Of a DNA stretch of 64,000 nucleotides, positions 40,317-53,782 are shown one piece after another. The notes below the pieces were generated by a model that worked only from the letters and a program-made list of their open reading frames with translations, did not search any database and was not told the origin of the DNA. Position 1 is the first letter of the stretch. Each line of letters opens with the position of its first letter. The DNA comes from Eledone cirrhosa (Eukaryota): positions 68,448,001-68,512,000 of the forward strand of contig OZ024744.1 in assembly GCA_964016885.1 (NCBI GenBank), read 5' to 3'. The position numbers and the translations under genes are program-made.

Positions 40317-43300
40317 CTACAGGCTGATATAGAGAGAAGGCCCATTCACTCGGGCCATTCTCACCACTTTCACCCACCTTTCATAAAACTTGCTGGGGTA
40401 CAGCACCTCTCTCTCCACCCTGATTCTTCTTCCAAATTGGTATTTGAAAAAAAAGAATCAGTTGTTGGCCAGAGAGAAAGGTGTCTGACCTCAGCCCTTT
40501 TAACCTTGTCCACCATACAACCTCTTTCGCAATAGCTATCACACAAAAGAAAACCGCCTCACTTTCGTTTTTGAAGGAGAGTGGCGGTTTGATTATGACA
40601 ATGGACTCGGTTTCTTCGTCTCGCACGCACCTCGGACAGATCTTTTTTGCAGGGTCCCTGCCCGGGCGCCCATACCTGTAGAGATTGTCTCGAACTGGTA
40701 GAGCTCCTGGGTAGCACTGCCAGGCCAGGGACTTTTGGAAGTTGTCCATCGGTCCCGGGCGGAAGGTCCTACCGAACAGACTGGCCAGTTCATCTTCCTC
40801 TATGCCTAGAGTTTCACCGAGCGCGTCGTCGCACTTGCTGCGGATCAACCCTCTATAGAATGACGAAGTGGAGTCTCCACTGATCGCCGGGACCGCCTGC
40901 CAGAGGGCTATGAGCGCCTGAGTACATTCGATGTGCCAGTCGCCATTTTTCTCGGTTTTTGCTTGACCCAGGACTTCAGCTCGCTCAGCGAGACGAGTCG
41001 TGGGAAGGCTCGCCTCGCGAACGGGGCCCACACCGGTTGTCCGGTTAGGAAAACGTAGAGATGTCGCAGCCTGAGCGCGTGTTTGCGTGTCGTCAGCCAT
41101 GGCAACCCCAGCCCTCCGTTGGAAGGGTGTTGGCAGCAGATGGATCTTCTCACCAAAGGATCCCGCCTCTTCCAAAGGAATTGGAAGAGCGCGCGCTCCA
41201 TTTTGGTGAGCGTTTTGGCTGGGCAAGGCACGACGGTCAAGCGGTAGTAGATGGCGGACGCTATAAAAGTGTTCGCCACCTCCGCTCGACCTTTCAAGGA
41301 TAGTTTGCACTTCTGGGTGAGTGCAAACACCTTGGCCGTCACCTCGTTCCAATTCTCCTCCACCTGGAGGTCCGGACCAAACCAGACCCCGAGCAGCTTT
41401 ACCGGTCCTTCCGTCCAGCGTCCGACGACGCCATCGGAAGGCATCGGTTTGTCTCTCCACGGTCCGAGTTGCAAACTGATGAACTTGTCCGGTTCAGCTT
41501 CGCTCCTGTGAAACTTTCGTATTCCTTCAGTAAGGTGCCGACTTCCTCGATTTGCGAGGCATTCGACACAATTACTGTCTCGTTGTCGGCGTATGCCGAC
41601 GCCGCTTTCCGCAATCCCGGTTCCAGAGGGATGCCCTGCAATAGCTCCAGCTTCCGCAGTAGTGGCTCGAGAGTCAGTACGTAGAGAAGGGAGGAGAGAG
41701 GGCATCCCTGTCGAATGGATCGCGTGATAGGGAACGGCTCCGAGAGGTAGCCGTTCACCTTGACCCTTGAGCAGATGTTGCTGTTGGGCATTGCAGCAAT
41801 CCAGCCCCTGAACACGGGTCCGAAGCCTGCCGCCCCGAGCACCGCATCCAGGTAACGATGGTCAACCCTATCGAAAGCCTTAGACTGATCCAAGTTGATC
41901 GGGGCCCCACCGAAGCCGGGTTTTCACCCTACCCTCTCTATGATGTATCGCATGAGGTGGAGGTTGTCGTGTATGGACTTGGTCGGGATTGCGCATGTCT
42001 GCGCTTCTCCAACCAAGTTCTCGACGACAAGCGCCAGCCTCTTTGTCAACACCTTGGCCAAAATCTGTAACTCTGTGTTTAGCAGAGTTATGGGCCGGAA
42101 GTTGCCTATGTCATCCCCCTTATTCTCGTCCTTCCTGACTAGTGTGACTACGCCCCCGGTCACAGAACTGGGAATTCTCCCGTTCTGTTGCCAGTTGCAC
42201 TAGACCGCTTCCAGGAGACCGGAGAATAAGTCCGGCATTGCTACGTAAAATTTGTAGGGTAGACCGTCGAGACCTGGAGATTTGTGTTTGCCGCATTGGC
42301 TCAGCGTGTACCCTATCTCAGCGGCTGAAATCCGCTTTTCGCAGAACTTTGTCTCGCTGTCCGAGAGTCGCGGTAGGCCGTCGAGGTATGGACCGAAATC
42401 CATAGACCCTCCCGGCGCACCGCACTGCCCGAACAGTTGAGCAAAGTGCCGCTGAAAGGCCGCACACATCTGCTTCGGCTCACGTATCACGCGTCCGTTT
42501 TGGTCATTCAAAGACCGAATCGTGGACTTGTTGCCACTTTTTGCCTCCGTCACTCGGGCCCAGCTAACAGCTTTGGCTCCCTCGTTTCCCAGAGCACGTA
42601 TTTTGCTTCTGATAACGCAGCCCTCGCGCTTTGCGTCGAAGAACTCGTCCAAGGCCGTTCTCGTTGCTATCACGCTGGCTTAGTGGCCTCTTCTACTTTA
42701 TCTACCAGTTCCTTCTCGGTTCTATTTCTATCTAACGTTAATTCTTTACTAAAAACTAACGAGTCTAATCTAACTGCCCTCTTGAGAGAGTACCACCATC
42801 TGTTGTTGACAATGGCCCCTGTCAAGTGCTGTTTAACTAAAGTGCTAACCCGTCTACTGTAGGCTTTGCATGTCGGTAACGACAAGTTCAGCTTCCAGTA
42901 GCCGGGTCCTTGTCTATGGGTTCTATCAAGGTTGGCCATGCAGGTCACTAGTTTGTGATCTGAATAGGCAACCATGAACATTTGTGGACAGCTTAACATG
43001 TCCCTATCCTTATTTCTAACTAGAACCCTATCTAGGTACTATCTAGATGTTCCGCTACGATTAGTCCACGTCCACAGCGGCACAGTCGGAAAATCTAGTC
43101 GATATCTATCGACCAGGTCAAATCGGTCGATTAACTGTTTGAGGCTGTTACACCCCCCCCCCTTTATCGGGACATGCTCCCACATAATCCCAACGTGCAT
43201 CTAGGATTTCATTCCAGTCCCCCACTAAAAGCAAGGAGCGGGACGTTCCCAGAAAAGTCTCTAGACGTTTGAAGAAGTCTGGCCACGGTGTCCTGGATGG

Positions 43301-43641
43301 GACATATGCTGCCACCAGCCTGAAGGCTCCACCTTCACTACCGTCAACGTCTAGGACCACCAGTCGACCCTCCGGGTCCAGATGTGTTACCGTCTGTGTT
43401 ACGAGGCCCAGGTGTTTTCGCAGCAAAACGGCAACCCCGCCCCCACCCCCCGACCGACAGAGACATGCGTAGATCTCAAAGTCATCGAAGATGGGGCCTA
43501 GCTGTCGCTCGCTGTGGATCCTGGACTCGCAAATGGCTACCATATCCATACTGTGCGACCTAGGTTGTTTAAGAGTTTGCCCTGTTTCCAGGGCATCCCC
43601 AGGCCGCGTACGTTCACATATCCAACTCTTATATTGGCCAT
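40317..43641 (-). pseudogene. Tx1-D ORF2 (APE-RT), disrupted
   Basis: MANIRVGYVNVRGL, GDWN, SDH, GPGYWKLN, KSPGLDGLP, NFRPITLLN, QGCPLS, YADN. Confidence 0.9.
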
Positions 43642-43674
43642 GTTGGTGCTGAAAAGTTAAAAGAGGAAAAGAAA

Positions 43675-45589
43675 TCACTCACCCTTCGTCTCCTGGGGAC
43701 CAGGCTGCACGATTTCCATGGCAGTGTTGGAGGGGTTGTCTGGGTGGGTGGTGGTTTGCGGCGGGGTGGGGACGGAGATGTTTGGTGGAGTAGGGTCTGG
43801 TGGGATGGGGGTGTCTGGGGTGGGGAGACATTTGAGAAGGACGCGGTTAAGTGGTTTCACGCAGGAATTCCCCACATCCTTTTGAAATGTTTCTTTTAGG
43901 GACCTATAAGTTTGTATAGGGACCTTAATCAGTTTTAGGTTTAGTTTTTTGTTATTTTTAATAGAGTGGGCGAAAGTTTTCCCTTCGGTTTTCACCGAAG
44001 GGTTGTTTGTGATGGTCTCCATTAGTGTTTTGTTTTCAGTGTTTATGTAAGTGTAAGTGTAATTTTCTTGTGTTTGTTTTTGTCTGTAGTTCTTGTGTGT
44101 GCTTTCGTTTTGTTGTAGGTATTTTGTTTTCAGGAGGTGGGGGTTTTGTTTGTGATGTTTTTGTTGTTTGTGTTGGTGGTTGTAGGTTTGTGGTAGTGTT
44201 TGCTGGTTTTTTGCTTTTGTGATGTCTTTTCTTTCTTTTCGAGCGATGGGGTTCTCCCTCGTCTTCACTGGGTGTTGGCGAGATAGCCTCATTTGTTGTA
44301 TCGTCTGTGTGATTGGGGAGGGGTATGTCTTGGGGAGCTATTGTGTCAGTATGTGATTTTGCAGTGGTTTTAGGTGGAGTGGGGTTGGGTGGGACTGTGT
44401 TTGTTGTGGTTATTTTTGTGTGTTGGTGTTGTTGTTGTTTTGGTGGTGTTGGTGGTTGTGTTGTTTTGATGGGTGTCGGCAGAAGAGGCTTTTTTTATTC
44501 ATTAATTTAGGACAGGAAGCCCTCAGGTGACCCCTGCTAAAGCAATGGTAACATGAAGGCCGCCTACCATCAACCGAAAAGTTTATGTAGCTGAGTCCGT
44601 CCACGACTACACGTTGTGGGATCATAGCTATTCGCTCTGGGCTCATTTGGACCAGAACTTCAATGCTAGTCCCATTGAATACATCTCTGGGGGACTTTCC
44701 TACTGACAGTATTCTGTCTTCATCAAAATTGATGAAGCCGCACAGTATCCACCATATGTTCACCTTAGGTGTGACACTCGTGATTTTAATCTTTTGTGTC
44801 CTTTTTCCCATGTATGTAGGGAAAAAGGTGTACAGGTTGGATACAATTGGCGACACAGAGTAATTTTGGGCCGTCAATTGATCCTTCATGAGTACCGAAA
44901 TACTCCCAAAAAGTTTGCTTCTTTGAATGAATGCAATATCATTCATTGAATTTTTGAAAACCGGTCAATTTCTTTCTGTGACAATTGGACTGGTTTTCGG
45001 GTAGAATTGGAAACTGTCCTAAAAGCTATCGTTTTGAGAGCAGTTTCCTTGCGAATTTCTACCAGAGAATTGATGCTGAAAGCACCATTTCTTTCGAAAG
45101 TGACATATCTCCTAGCGTCCTTTAAAAGTTGTTCGGTATTTGTTATGTCGAGATATGTCAGTTCCTCCTTTTTTTGAACTGTCTGTGCAAAGGAGATTTT
45201 TTTTTTTTTGTGGAATTATCCGTGTTGGTGGTGTTGTCATTATTGTTGTTATTGTTGTTGTTATTCTTGTTGTCACTGATGTTGATATTATTCGTATTTT
45301 CCTTGGTGTTGGTGTTGTTGTCTTTGATGCTGGTGTTATTGGTGTTGTCTTTATTTTTTTCTTTGTTGTTGTTGTCATTGTTGTTTTTATCATCATTATT
45401 GGTGTTGTTGTTATTTTTGTTGTCATTGAACCGTTTGGTGTCATTTGTGTTGTTTGGATATGAATTTGTTTTTACATTTTCATTTCGTCTTTCCATCTCC
45501 ATAGTATCTAGGGAAGAAGACGATGTTGACTGCAAGCTCTGTAGTCTTACCGCCTCTCCACCACCATTATCGTTGAACGCAGCGTTCAT
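43675..45589 (-). pseudogene. Tx1-D ORF1, frameshifted
   Basis: Asn-rich N-terminus, zinc knuckle, ends ..TKGE*. Confidence 0.82.
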
Positions 45590-45815
45590 AACGTAATCAA
45601 ACTTCTTACAATATTTTTTCAAAAATTCGATGGAGAAAAAAATTTTCAAACGAATATTTCGCCCCTGTAGGGTCGAAAATGAGTTGACCCACCACCTGAA
45701 GGTCCAGGCGGGGGATCAAGTTACACAATAATATACAATTTAACTGAAAACTCACGTTTTTTTCTTACATAAAATAACGGAAACTTCTCCGCGAAGTTAG
45801 ACACGTCTGGTAGAG

Positions 45816-45943
<128 letters not shown>

Positions 45944-46042
45944 ATATTAGATTCATTTGCAATTATGCAAACAACCCTCATTTTTAAAGCCATGTCAGTA
46001 AAATGAGCCCCTCATTCTTGCTCTTGTGTTGGCATGTAAACA

Positions 46043-46092
46043 GAACTACAGACACTAATGTTTCTGGATATAACCCTTCATCAGTACTGTTC
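46043..46092 (-). ncRNA. type I hammerhead motif
   Basis: GAACAGUA-CUGAUGA-AGGG-UUAUA-UCCA-GAA-ACA-UUAG-UGU-C-UGUAGUUC. The adjacent 45941-46035 segment is also found near 88-188. Confidence 0.6.
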
Positions 46093-46154
46093 ACTATTCA
46101 CCTGCCAACTGTCAGAGCTAGTGAATATATATGGTATTTTCTAAAATATACAGT

Positions 46155-46262
46155 GACTGATCAGTCTGATTTGTATATTAGCAGACTGGCTGATCAGTCA
46201 GATCTGCATATTAGCAGATCCACTGATCAGCCAGATTTGCATACCAGCAGACTGGTCAGTCA
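46155..46262. repeat. 33-bp minisatellite (~3.3 units)
   Basis: CTGATCAGTCTGATTTGTATATTAGCAGACTGG-like units. Confidence 0.8.
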
Positions 46263-46767
46263 GTTTCCTGTATACGAACGAGGGGAGTCTTGTACTCTCA
46301 GTCGCTTCAAGCCATGAAACCGGGGTTAAGCACCGGCTTGACGAGCCTTCTTCCTCAAGACAGACTTTAGACTTAGACAAACGGTAAAAGGATTATCTCG
46401 TTTGGGTGGTTGCTGCCCCCACAGTCGTAGTAAATACAAGGTTAACAATCTCTTTTTCTTCATTTATGTTATATAATCATTATATGCAGATCTATTAATG
46501 TATATAGAAAAGTAAAGAAGTGAGTTTTAACCAAATGTCCTTCTTCGATTTATATATTTCATCATACCACAGATTTAATATATTGTATTATATCTCTGGT
46601 TAACCGAGCTTTCTTTTTCTAATAGTTTAAAAGCTCCTCGAAAAAACAAAAGAACATGGCCGTAATCTATTATATACTTCTAAATGTTTCTCTATATGTG
46701 TGTCCCATCTTTTTGCCCGTAATATTTTAAGTATTTCTTATTATACATTATTTATTTCCTCTTTACG

Positions 46768-46890
46768 ATCTGAGTTCAAATCCTGCCGAGGTTGACTTTG
46801 CCTTTCATCCTTACGGGGTCGATAAAATAAAGTACCAGTAATGCACTGGGTAATTGGCTGGCCTTGTGCCAAAAGTAGAAACAATTATTT
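46768..46890 (+). mobile_element. tRNA-SINE, 5'-truncated
   Basis: B-box GTTCAAATCC, core, and tail ending AATTATT. Confidence 0.8.
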
Positions 46891-47080
46891 ATCTCCTCCC
46901 CTATTTCGTTTGTATGTGACTATCGCCTGTTTTCTTTTATTGAAACTATCGCTTCTATATTACTATTATAATGTTGAATCAATGTGTTTTCCACTCTATT
47001 TCCTACTGACATTCGCTCTTTCATATTAATATCACCTCATATTTCCTCTCCCCAACCCCTTTCTCTACATTTAATTCTTA

Positions 47081-48061
47081 CTAGCAGTAAAGCCCGGCGT
47101 TGCTCGGGGTCGCTCAGTAGCTGTGTTAAAGTTACAATGTTAAGTTTCTTTTTTGGCTTAAAAACTGTAGTGTCTACTGTGCAGACTTGCATGTGGTGTT
47201 TTTGATTAATATTCCCTCAACCAACAATATACCTTATGAAGTTAAGAAAACATAACGATAACCCGAATGTTATAACAAAAGAGGATGCTGGGGATAAAAA
47301 CTGCACTGGTTATTTATTAACAAAGATCGAAAATGTAAACACTGCAACGCAGAGAAAAACATTAGCGTAACCAAATTATCAGTTATGTCTGTCTGCACGC
47401 CTATATCACCTCTCTGCACGACTATCTGTCTGCACGCCTATATCACCTCTCTGCACGACTGTCTGTCTGCACGCGTATATCACCTCTCTGCACGACTGTC
47501 TGTCTGCACGCGTATATCACCTCTCTGCACGACTGTCTGTCTGCACGCCTAACGAAATTTACAGATACATATATTTTAAATAAACTTATATAATTTTTGC
47601 TTTTTTTTACGAAATATTTGCTTGTTTTACGTAGTCTTTAAATAGACTTGTTTTCAAGTAAAAATATTGTTTTAAAAGGCTTTTAAATGGAAATGAAGCA
47701 AAACGGAAGCTTAGTGTTCGAACTGATGAATTTTGCAGGTCAAAATTTTGCTGGCTCGACAACTGTTCGTGTATTGTGTTAATGTCATTTTAAACGCTGA
47801 GAAAGCCAGCGTAAAACGTAAGACGCTCAATGTAAACAGAACAAAGGGAAATAACTGATCACTTACGCTCAAAAATCGATACATTATATTCGATTTCGTC
47901 AGATAGGGCGGGTCAATTTGAAATATTTTTTTTCCGATGTCTTCGCTAGGGCTCAATGTACAAGTATAGCAATTTCGGTGCAATTCCGTGAGAGATTCTA
48001 AGAGGAGATGTGTGCCAAAAATCGATAGACAGACAGACAACCTCAGTTTTATATATATAGA
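47081..48061 (-). mobile_element. non-autonomous Helitron with internal 37-bp minisatellite (47386-47550)
   Basis: 5' A|TCTATATATATAAAAC..(GTCT)n; 3' hairpin CCCGAGCAACGCCGGG followed by CTAG|T. Confidence 0.75.
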
Positions 48062-48593
48062 TTGTTTCTCCTCCCACCCATCGCTCCCATTCATCGTATT
48101 CATTCAGTGTCTCTTTAACTGTATGATTTCAATTAAAACTGTGTTTCTATAAGTTTTTTACAGAAGCACAAAGCCAGAAATGATTACATCGGCCGGAATG
48201 TAGACGCTTGTTCTATTGCTATAGCTTATGAGGGATAATGCAACTTTGCGCCAATCAAATACTGCCACTTCCGTAGTTTAGCCACCTCCCGGAGGTAAAG
48301 TATGGCTGGAACAGTTACGATCATTTTGTCACTCGTACTGATGTATCCTCTGTTGGAATGTTGTCAGTACTTAGGGTAGAGGACTTGGTTGTGACATGTT
48401 GGTGTACTGTACTGATAGTGATGGAATCGAAGGATCACAGGTTGACGGCAATCGTCTGTGAAGATAGAGCAATCATCAAATATGTCTGTCTGTATGTATG
48501 TATATGTGTATGTGTTCACTTTCATTCAGATGTGTGTGTTCGATTAACATATAAGTGTTTGCAGCCTTGCTGGGTGTGTCTAAGCCTGTGTAT

Positions 48594-48680
<87 letters not shown>

Positions 48681-48690
48681 TAGATATATA

Positions 48691-49765
48691 TACAAATATA
48701 AATTACCGAGAATCGTATTTCGGCTATTGGAAATTAGCGAAAAACAACTTCTGAGATGTGTGGCAAGCGCTCAATAAATTCTAACGAACCAGAGCTATAA
48801 CTTACGTTAAAGGGCCAAACACACTGAGACGATGGTTAAACCATTATCCGCACAGCCATAGAAACGACCAAGTAATTCGGGTCAAACAAATTTAAAAAAT
48901 GTGATTAAAAAATTTACCCGGACCCCTGGATGGTTGGTAAAATCCCGCATTTGGGTCTCTGCGATTCCTAAATCAAGTACTGTCCGCTTAGACAAATAAT
49001 TGTCTCTACTTTCGGCACAAGGCCATCAATTACCCAGTGCATTACTGGTACTTTATTTTATCGACCCCGTAAGGATGAAAGGCAAAGTCAACCTCGGCGG
49101 GATTCGAACTCAGAATGCCAAGGGCCGTAACTCTGTGCGTCAAAGCACAGCGTCCGACCCTCTACCGATACTGCCAATCCACCGCACTAGACAAATAATG
49201 TTAAGCTTTTGGTAAGATGTTTGAACAAGGAAGTCACTTTCTCAACAGGTTTTAGTTCAAGTGCCAGGCCAAGGACTGACCGTTACCAATACCCACGTGG
49301 GGCTCGGCAAGGGAGGCAACCCTTATTTTTGGCGGAAGAATTCAGTGTGTAATATTGCAAAATATCACAAAACGAATTAAGTTCTCAACAGAATGGTTTT
49401 AAAGTTAACAAAAGCTATTCATCAGTCAATAGAATCAACTAAAAAAAATCAAGAAAATTAACTGGTCAATAGCTAGACCCTGGAGATTAATACAAATATA
49501 AATTAGCGAGAATCGTATTTCGGCTATTGGAAATTAGCGAAAAACAACTTCCGAGATGTGTGGCAAGCGCTCAATAAATTCTAACGAACCAGAGCTACAA
49601 CTTACGTTAAAAGGCCAAACACACTGAGACGATGGTTAAACCATTATCCGCACAGCCATAGAAACGACCAAGTAATTCGGGTCAAACAAGTAAAAAAATG
49701 TGATTGAAAAATTTACCCGGACCCCTGGATGGTTGGTAAAATCCCGCATTTGGGTTTCTGCGATA
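48691..49765. repeat. ~275-bp direct repeats (48691-48965 and 49491-49765)
   Basis: Two near-identical copies read directly. Confidence 0.9.
49001..49187 (-). mobile_element. full-length tRNA-SINE with 12-bp target-site duplication
   Basis: TAGACAAATAAT at 48989-49000 and 49188-49199; A-box TGGCAGTATCGG, B-box GTTCGAATCC. Confidence 0.9.
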
Positions 49766-49994
49766 TATATATATATATATATGGGTTTCTCCGATATATA
49801 TATATATATTTATTTATTTATGTATATATAAAACAAAGAAAGTGTGGTAAGGAAACAGGTGGACCATAACGCGCCAGAGTACTCGATACTTAGGGTAGTA
49901 GAGTGGGTAATAAGAAAATAGTCAGGATCCCGACGGCTGAGCTCCAGCCGTTCCGAAACAGCCGGAGCTCAGTCGTCGGGGTCCTGACTCTTTT

Positions 49995-50066
<72 letters not shown>

Positions 50067-50210
50067 CAATAACATTCTCACTATATACAAATGACCATTT
50101 CCAGCCAATGCTTTCTATTTTCTATATGCAAATGTTTATCTCCTACAAATGTTCATCACGTAAAATTATATATGGCGTCTAATCTACTTCTATGACAGCA
50201 CCGATTGATT

Positions 50211-50265
50211 GAGTATCACCGATGAAAGATTAACAAATCTTGAAACAGTACTGTCTGGCATTTTC
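50211..50265 (+). ncRNA. hammerhead motif (CCGAUGA variant)
   Basis: Stem II AAGAU/AUCUU, then GAA-ACAG-UA-CUGU-C (palindromic stem III). Confidence 0.55.
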
Positions 50266-51435
50266 AACTGTACTGTCTTATATTCATAGCGAAAAAATAT
50301 TACTCTATGAAAAATATTACTCTATGATAGAGAGGCCACACATATGTTTGTTGTATATATGCATATAGTGAGTGTTTATATGTTTTCATATACACTCCTA
50401 TATTTATATGTGTGTGTGTATTTGTATGTTTGTGTGTGTATGTGTGCGTGTGTGTGCCTATACTTATACAATGAGTAGTCATTAATTATTGGCAACACAC
50501 TTATAAATATCCTCATCAGAGACCATTTTCAAAGCGATCGAAAAGTTGTTGGCAGATTTTAAGTGGAATTCTGTTAGTTCTTTTTGAGACTCCTCTTACG
50601 TAAATTTTACTAAAGCGAAATTTGTTGTGACTAATTTCATATGCAGAACCATAACTAATTTACATATTATTTGCTACTTCATTAACCACCCGCCCCTCGT
50701 CAGTCCAAAAGAATAATGTCAGAAGCTTATTTAATGGCATTCACAGTAGAGGGTGTGTTTGGGTGTCTGATCTTTTCGCGAACATGGCCTCTGTGGAACC
50801 GTTTCTAAACTTTTCAGCCTACTCATATGCAAATTATCGTTCCCATACTGTTGAAATTTTTTGTTTAACCCACAAAAAAAAAAAAAAAGAATTTGAATAC
50901 AGTATCCTGCTTTTCTTTTAAGCTGATGGTTCCCTTTTTCTTTCTCTAAATATATCTAAACTATAATAAAGTAAGGAGTGCGGTACTGCGTGCGGTTTAT
51001 TTCTTTTAATTCAATAAAATAAGTTGGATTACTTTCAATGAATAGTGAATGAATATTACATAATTTTTCTACTAAATTTCGTAGCTAAATATCTTTTATT
51101 GCTTATTCAAAGATTCACTTCTTTAATATTTTCAAATGTCAACACTTCCGGTTAGCGATCGCGTAAATAAACGTTCATATATTTCCGTCACTAATTTTCT
51201 CCTAATGCAGTTTATACATAATATCGTCTTTTTTTAATGTATCATGGATTACGTTACTGATTACATAAGACAGTGTAACACAGTCTTCATTCAATTTCTG
51301 TGTATATTGTCAATTATGATTATAATTGATGTATCATATCTACATGTATATATACTTGCGTATAATATCAATATACACACTACACATACTAACAGAAAAC
51401 CACACGAAGGGTGGTGTTTCCGCTAGTATATCTAA

Positions 51436-51596
51436 GGCGACGAATTGGCAGAGTTGTTAAGACATCAGATAGAATGCTTTACAGTATTTGTCCCACCTCA
51501 TTGCGCGCTCTGAGTTCAAATCGCACCGTGGTAAACTTTGCTTTGCATCCTTTTGAGGTCGATAAAAAAAGTACCAGTTGAGTACTGGGGTCGATT
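51436..51596 (+). mobile_element. tRNA-SINE, diverged
   Basis: A-box, B-box and core present. Confidence 0.65.
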
Positions 51597-52225
51597 CTTC
51601 CTCTATAGAAAAAATCGGCTTTGTTAAGACCTGGAGAGGGTTGGGTTTCGCTAGGTTTAAAAGTACTCTAGACACGCCGTATGACAGTGCCTCTATGACT
51701 CCACAAGGAGTTATGGGATCTTTATCCTTTATACATATAACTATTGTTTATTTTGTTGTACAAAATAAACTTAGAACTGCTTACTATATATTTATTCATG
51801 TGAAAAGTAAACATGACTACAGTTTCGTCACAAACCGTCTAGGGGGGAATGTAAACATCTGCGGATACAGAAGAAATTATTAATGGCGATTTAAATTACA
51901 TTACAGTGTGTTTGAAGTAGTCACAGAGCAATCACAGGTGGATATGATTTGAAGTTTGTGAGAGGAAATTTGAACATATGTCAACCTGTCGACATATGCT
52001 CATTTGTTATATCTAGGATTGGTGTAGAGTGGCGAATAAAATTAACTTACTCTGTATTACGGAGGTTGCAGTATTACGATCCATTCCTAATTGCTGGCAT
52101 CTTATTTAGTATTTGTCACGTATAGTTTTTGATTTCTCCCTTAATATTTCATCTCCAAAAGTATTTATTAATTACATACACACATATACACGCAAGCGCA
52201 CTATATATATAACTTTAATCTGCTA

Positions 52226-52279
<54 letters not shown>

Positions 52280-52451
52280 TAGCAGATTAAAGTTTAAGCA
52301 ACGAATCGCTGCTTTCACCCTTAACGGGTAGATCCGTTAAGGGTGAAAGCAGCGATTCTTTGCTTAAACTTTAATCTGCTAGTTTAATAAATATTTGCTC
52401 TACGGTTTTTATATATTTTTATATATAATTTTTATACGTAATTTAAATAAA

Positions 52452-52637
52452 TGTTTCTACTTTTGGGACAAGGCCAGCAATTATCCAGTACATTACTGGT
52501 ACTTTATTTTATCGACCCCGTAAGGATGAAAGGCAAAGTTAACCTCGGCGGGATTTGAACTCAGATCATAAAGGGCCATAACTCTATGCTGCAAAGCATG
52601 GCGTCCGACCCTCTACCGATACTGCCATCCACCGCCC
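52452..52637 (-). mobile_element. full-length tRNA-SINE
   Basis: Head, core and tail as in 49001-49187. Confidence 0.85.
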
Positions 52638-53682
52638 AATGCACATAAAACAGAGTTTATTTTAATGCTTTTTGCTTTTGCTGTTGAAGTGTGTATACAT
52701 TATTTTGGGACACCCTGTCTATTGTGTCTGTGTGTGTATGCGTGTATGTGTGTTTGCACGTATGTAAGATGCGTATATGTGTACATTGTGTTTTGGTTGA
52801 CGTTCGTTTGGTGAACATATGTGTATTTACCTGTATGTGTGTGTGTGCGTGCGTTATATACGTATTTATGTGTGTATATTTATATACGTTTATATAATTA
52901 TATGTATATATACACACACGCAATATATATATATATATTTTATGTATATTTGGTGTATACGTTCATATGTGTGCGGGTACAGGTGTCGCGCGGTTTTATG
53001 TACATGCGTGCGTGTTTATGTATACGTGCATGTACGCGCATGGCGGGTGTTTTCGCGTATGCACGTGTATGTACGTATATGTATGCGTGTATGTTTATAT
53101 TTAATTATTATTGAATTTAATAACCTCTGTCATTTTCGTTCTACTAATTTACATCATTCTTAACTCTGAAGCCGAGAATCATTCCTAAATAGAATATTAG
53201 TCTACGACTTCATTTATATCATAAACATGGTTTTGTCTTTACGTTTAATTGTTCTCATCACCCCACATAACGACATATTGTATTCGCTTTTTTCCGTTCA
53301 TTGCCAGGGAACGTCTTCACGAACCAAAGTATCGTCTTCATGTTTTACTTCAGTTGCAACCTTTTTCGAAATATTTACTTCTGCGTTCACAGATTGATTT
53401 TTAGTTTCAGGAGATCCCGTTAAGAGTGAAAGCACCGATTCTTTGCTTAAACTTTAATCTGTTATTTTAATAAATATATATATATATCGATTCCTGGGCC
53501 GGGCGATGCGTTATGTCCTTGAGCAAGACACTTTATTTCACGTTGCTCCTTCTGCCTGGAGTTGCGACCGATAGATAGTATTAGCAATTGGAAAGACCAA
53601 CGGGAACACTGTTCCCTCGGTCCGATTTGACGAAAGTCGATCGTTCCTTTATATATATATATAATATAATATATATATATAC

Positions 53683-53779
<97 letters not shown>

Positions 53780-53782
53780 CAT

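Larger units (their letters stand above)
40095..45810 (-). mobile_element. Tx1-clade retrotransposon copy D, full-length, inserted in (GATA)n
   Basis: ORF1 with CYHCFSRGHLRASC, ORF2 APE-RT, 3' end CCCTGTGGCTAATAAAGAAAC; (GA)n(GATA)n on both flanks. Confidence 0.93.

Noticed and set aside
47386-47550. CRISPR-like 37-bp repeats
   Set aside because: Contiguous tandem units with no unique spacers and no cas genes, in a eukaryotic context.
49001-49187. tRNA gene
   Set aside because: A and B boxes are present but there is no cloverleaf; it is a SINE head.
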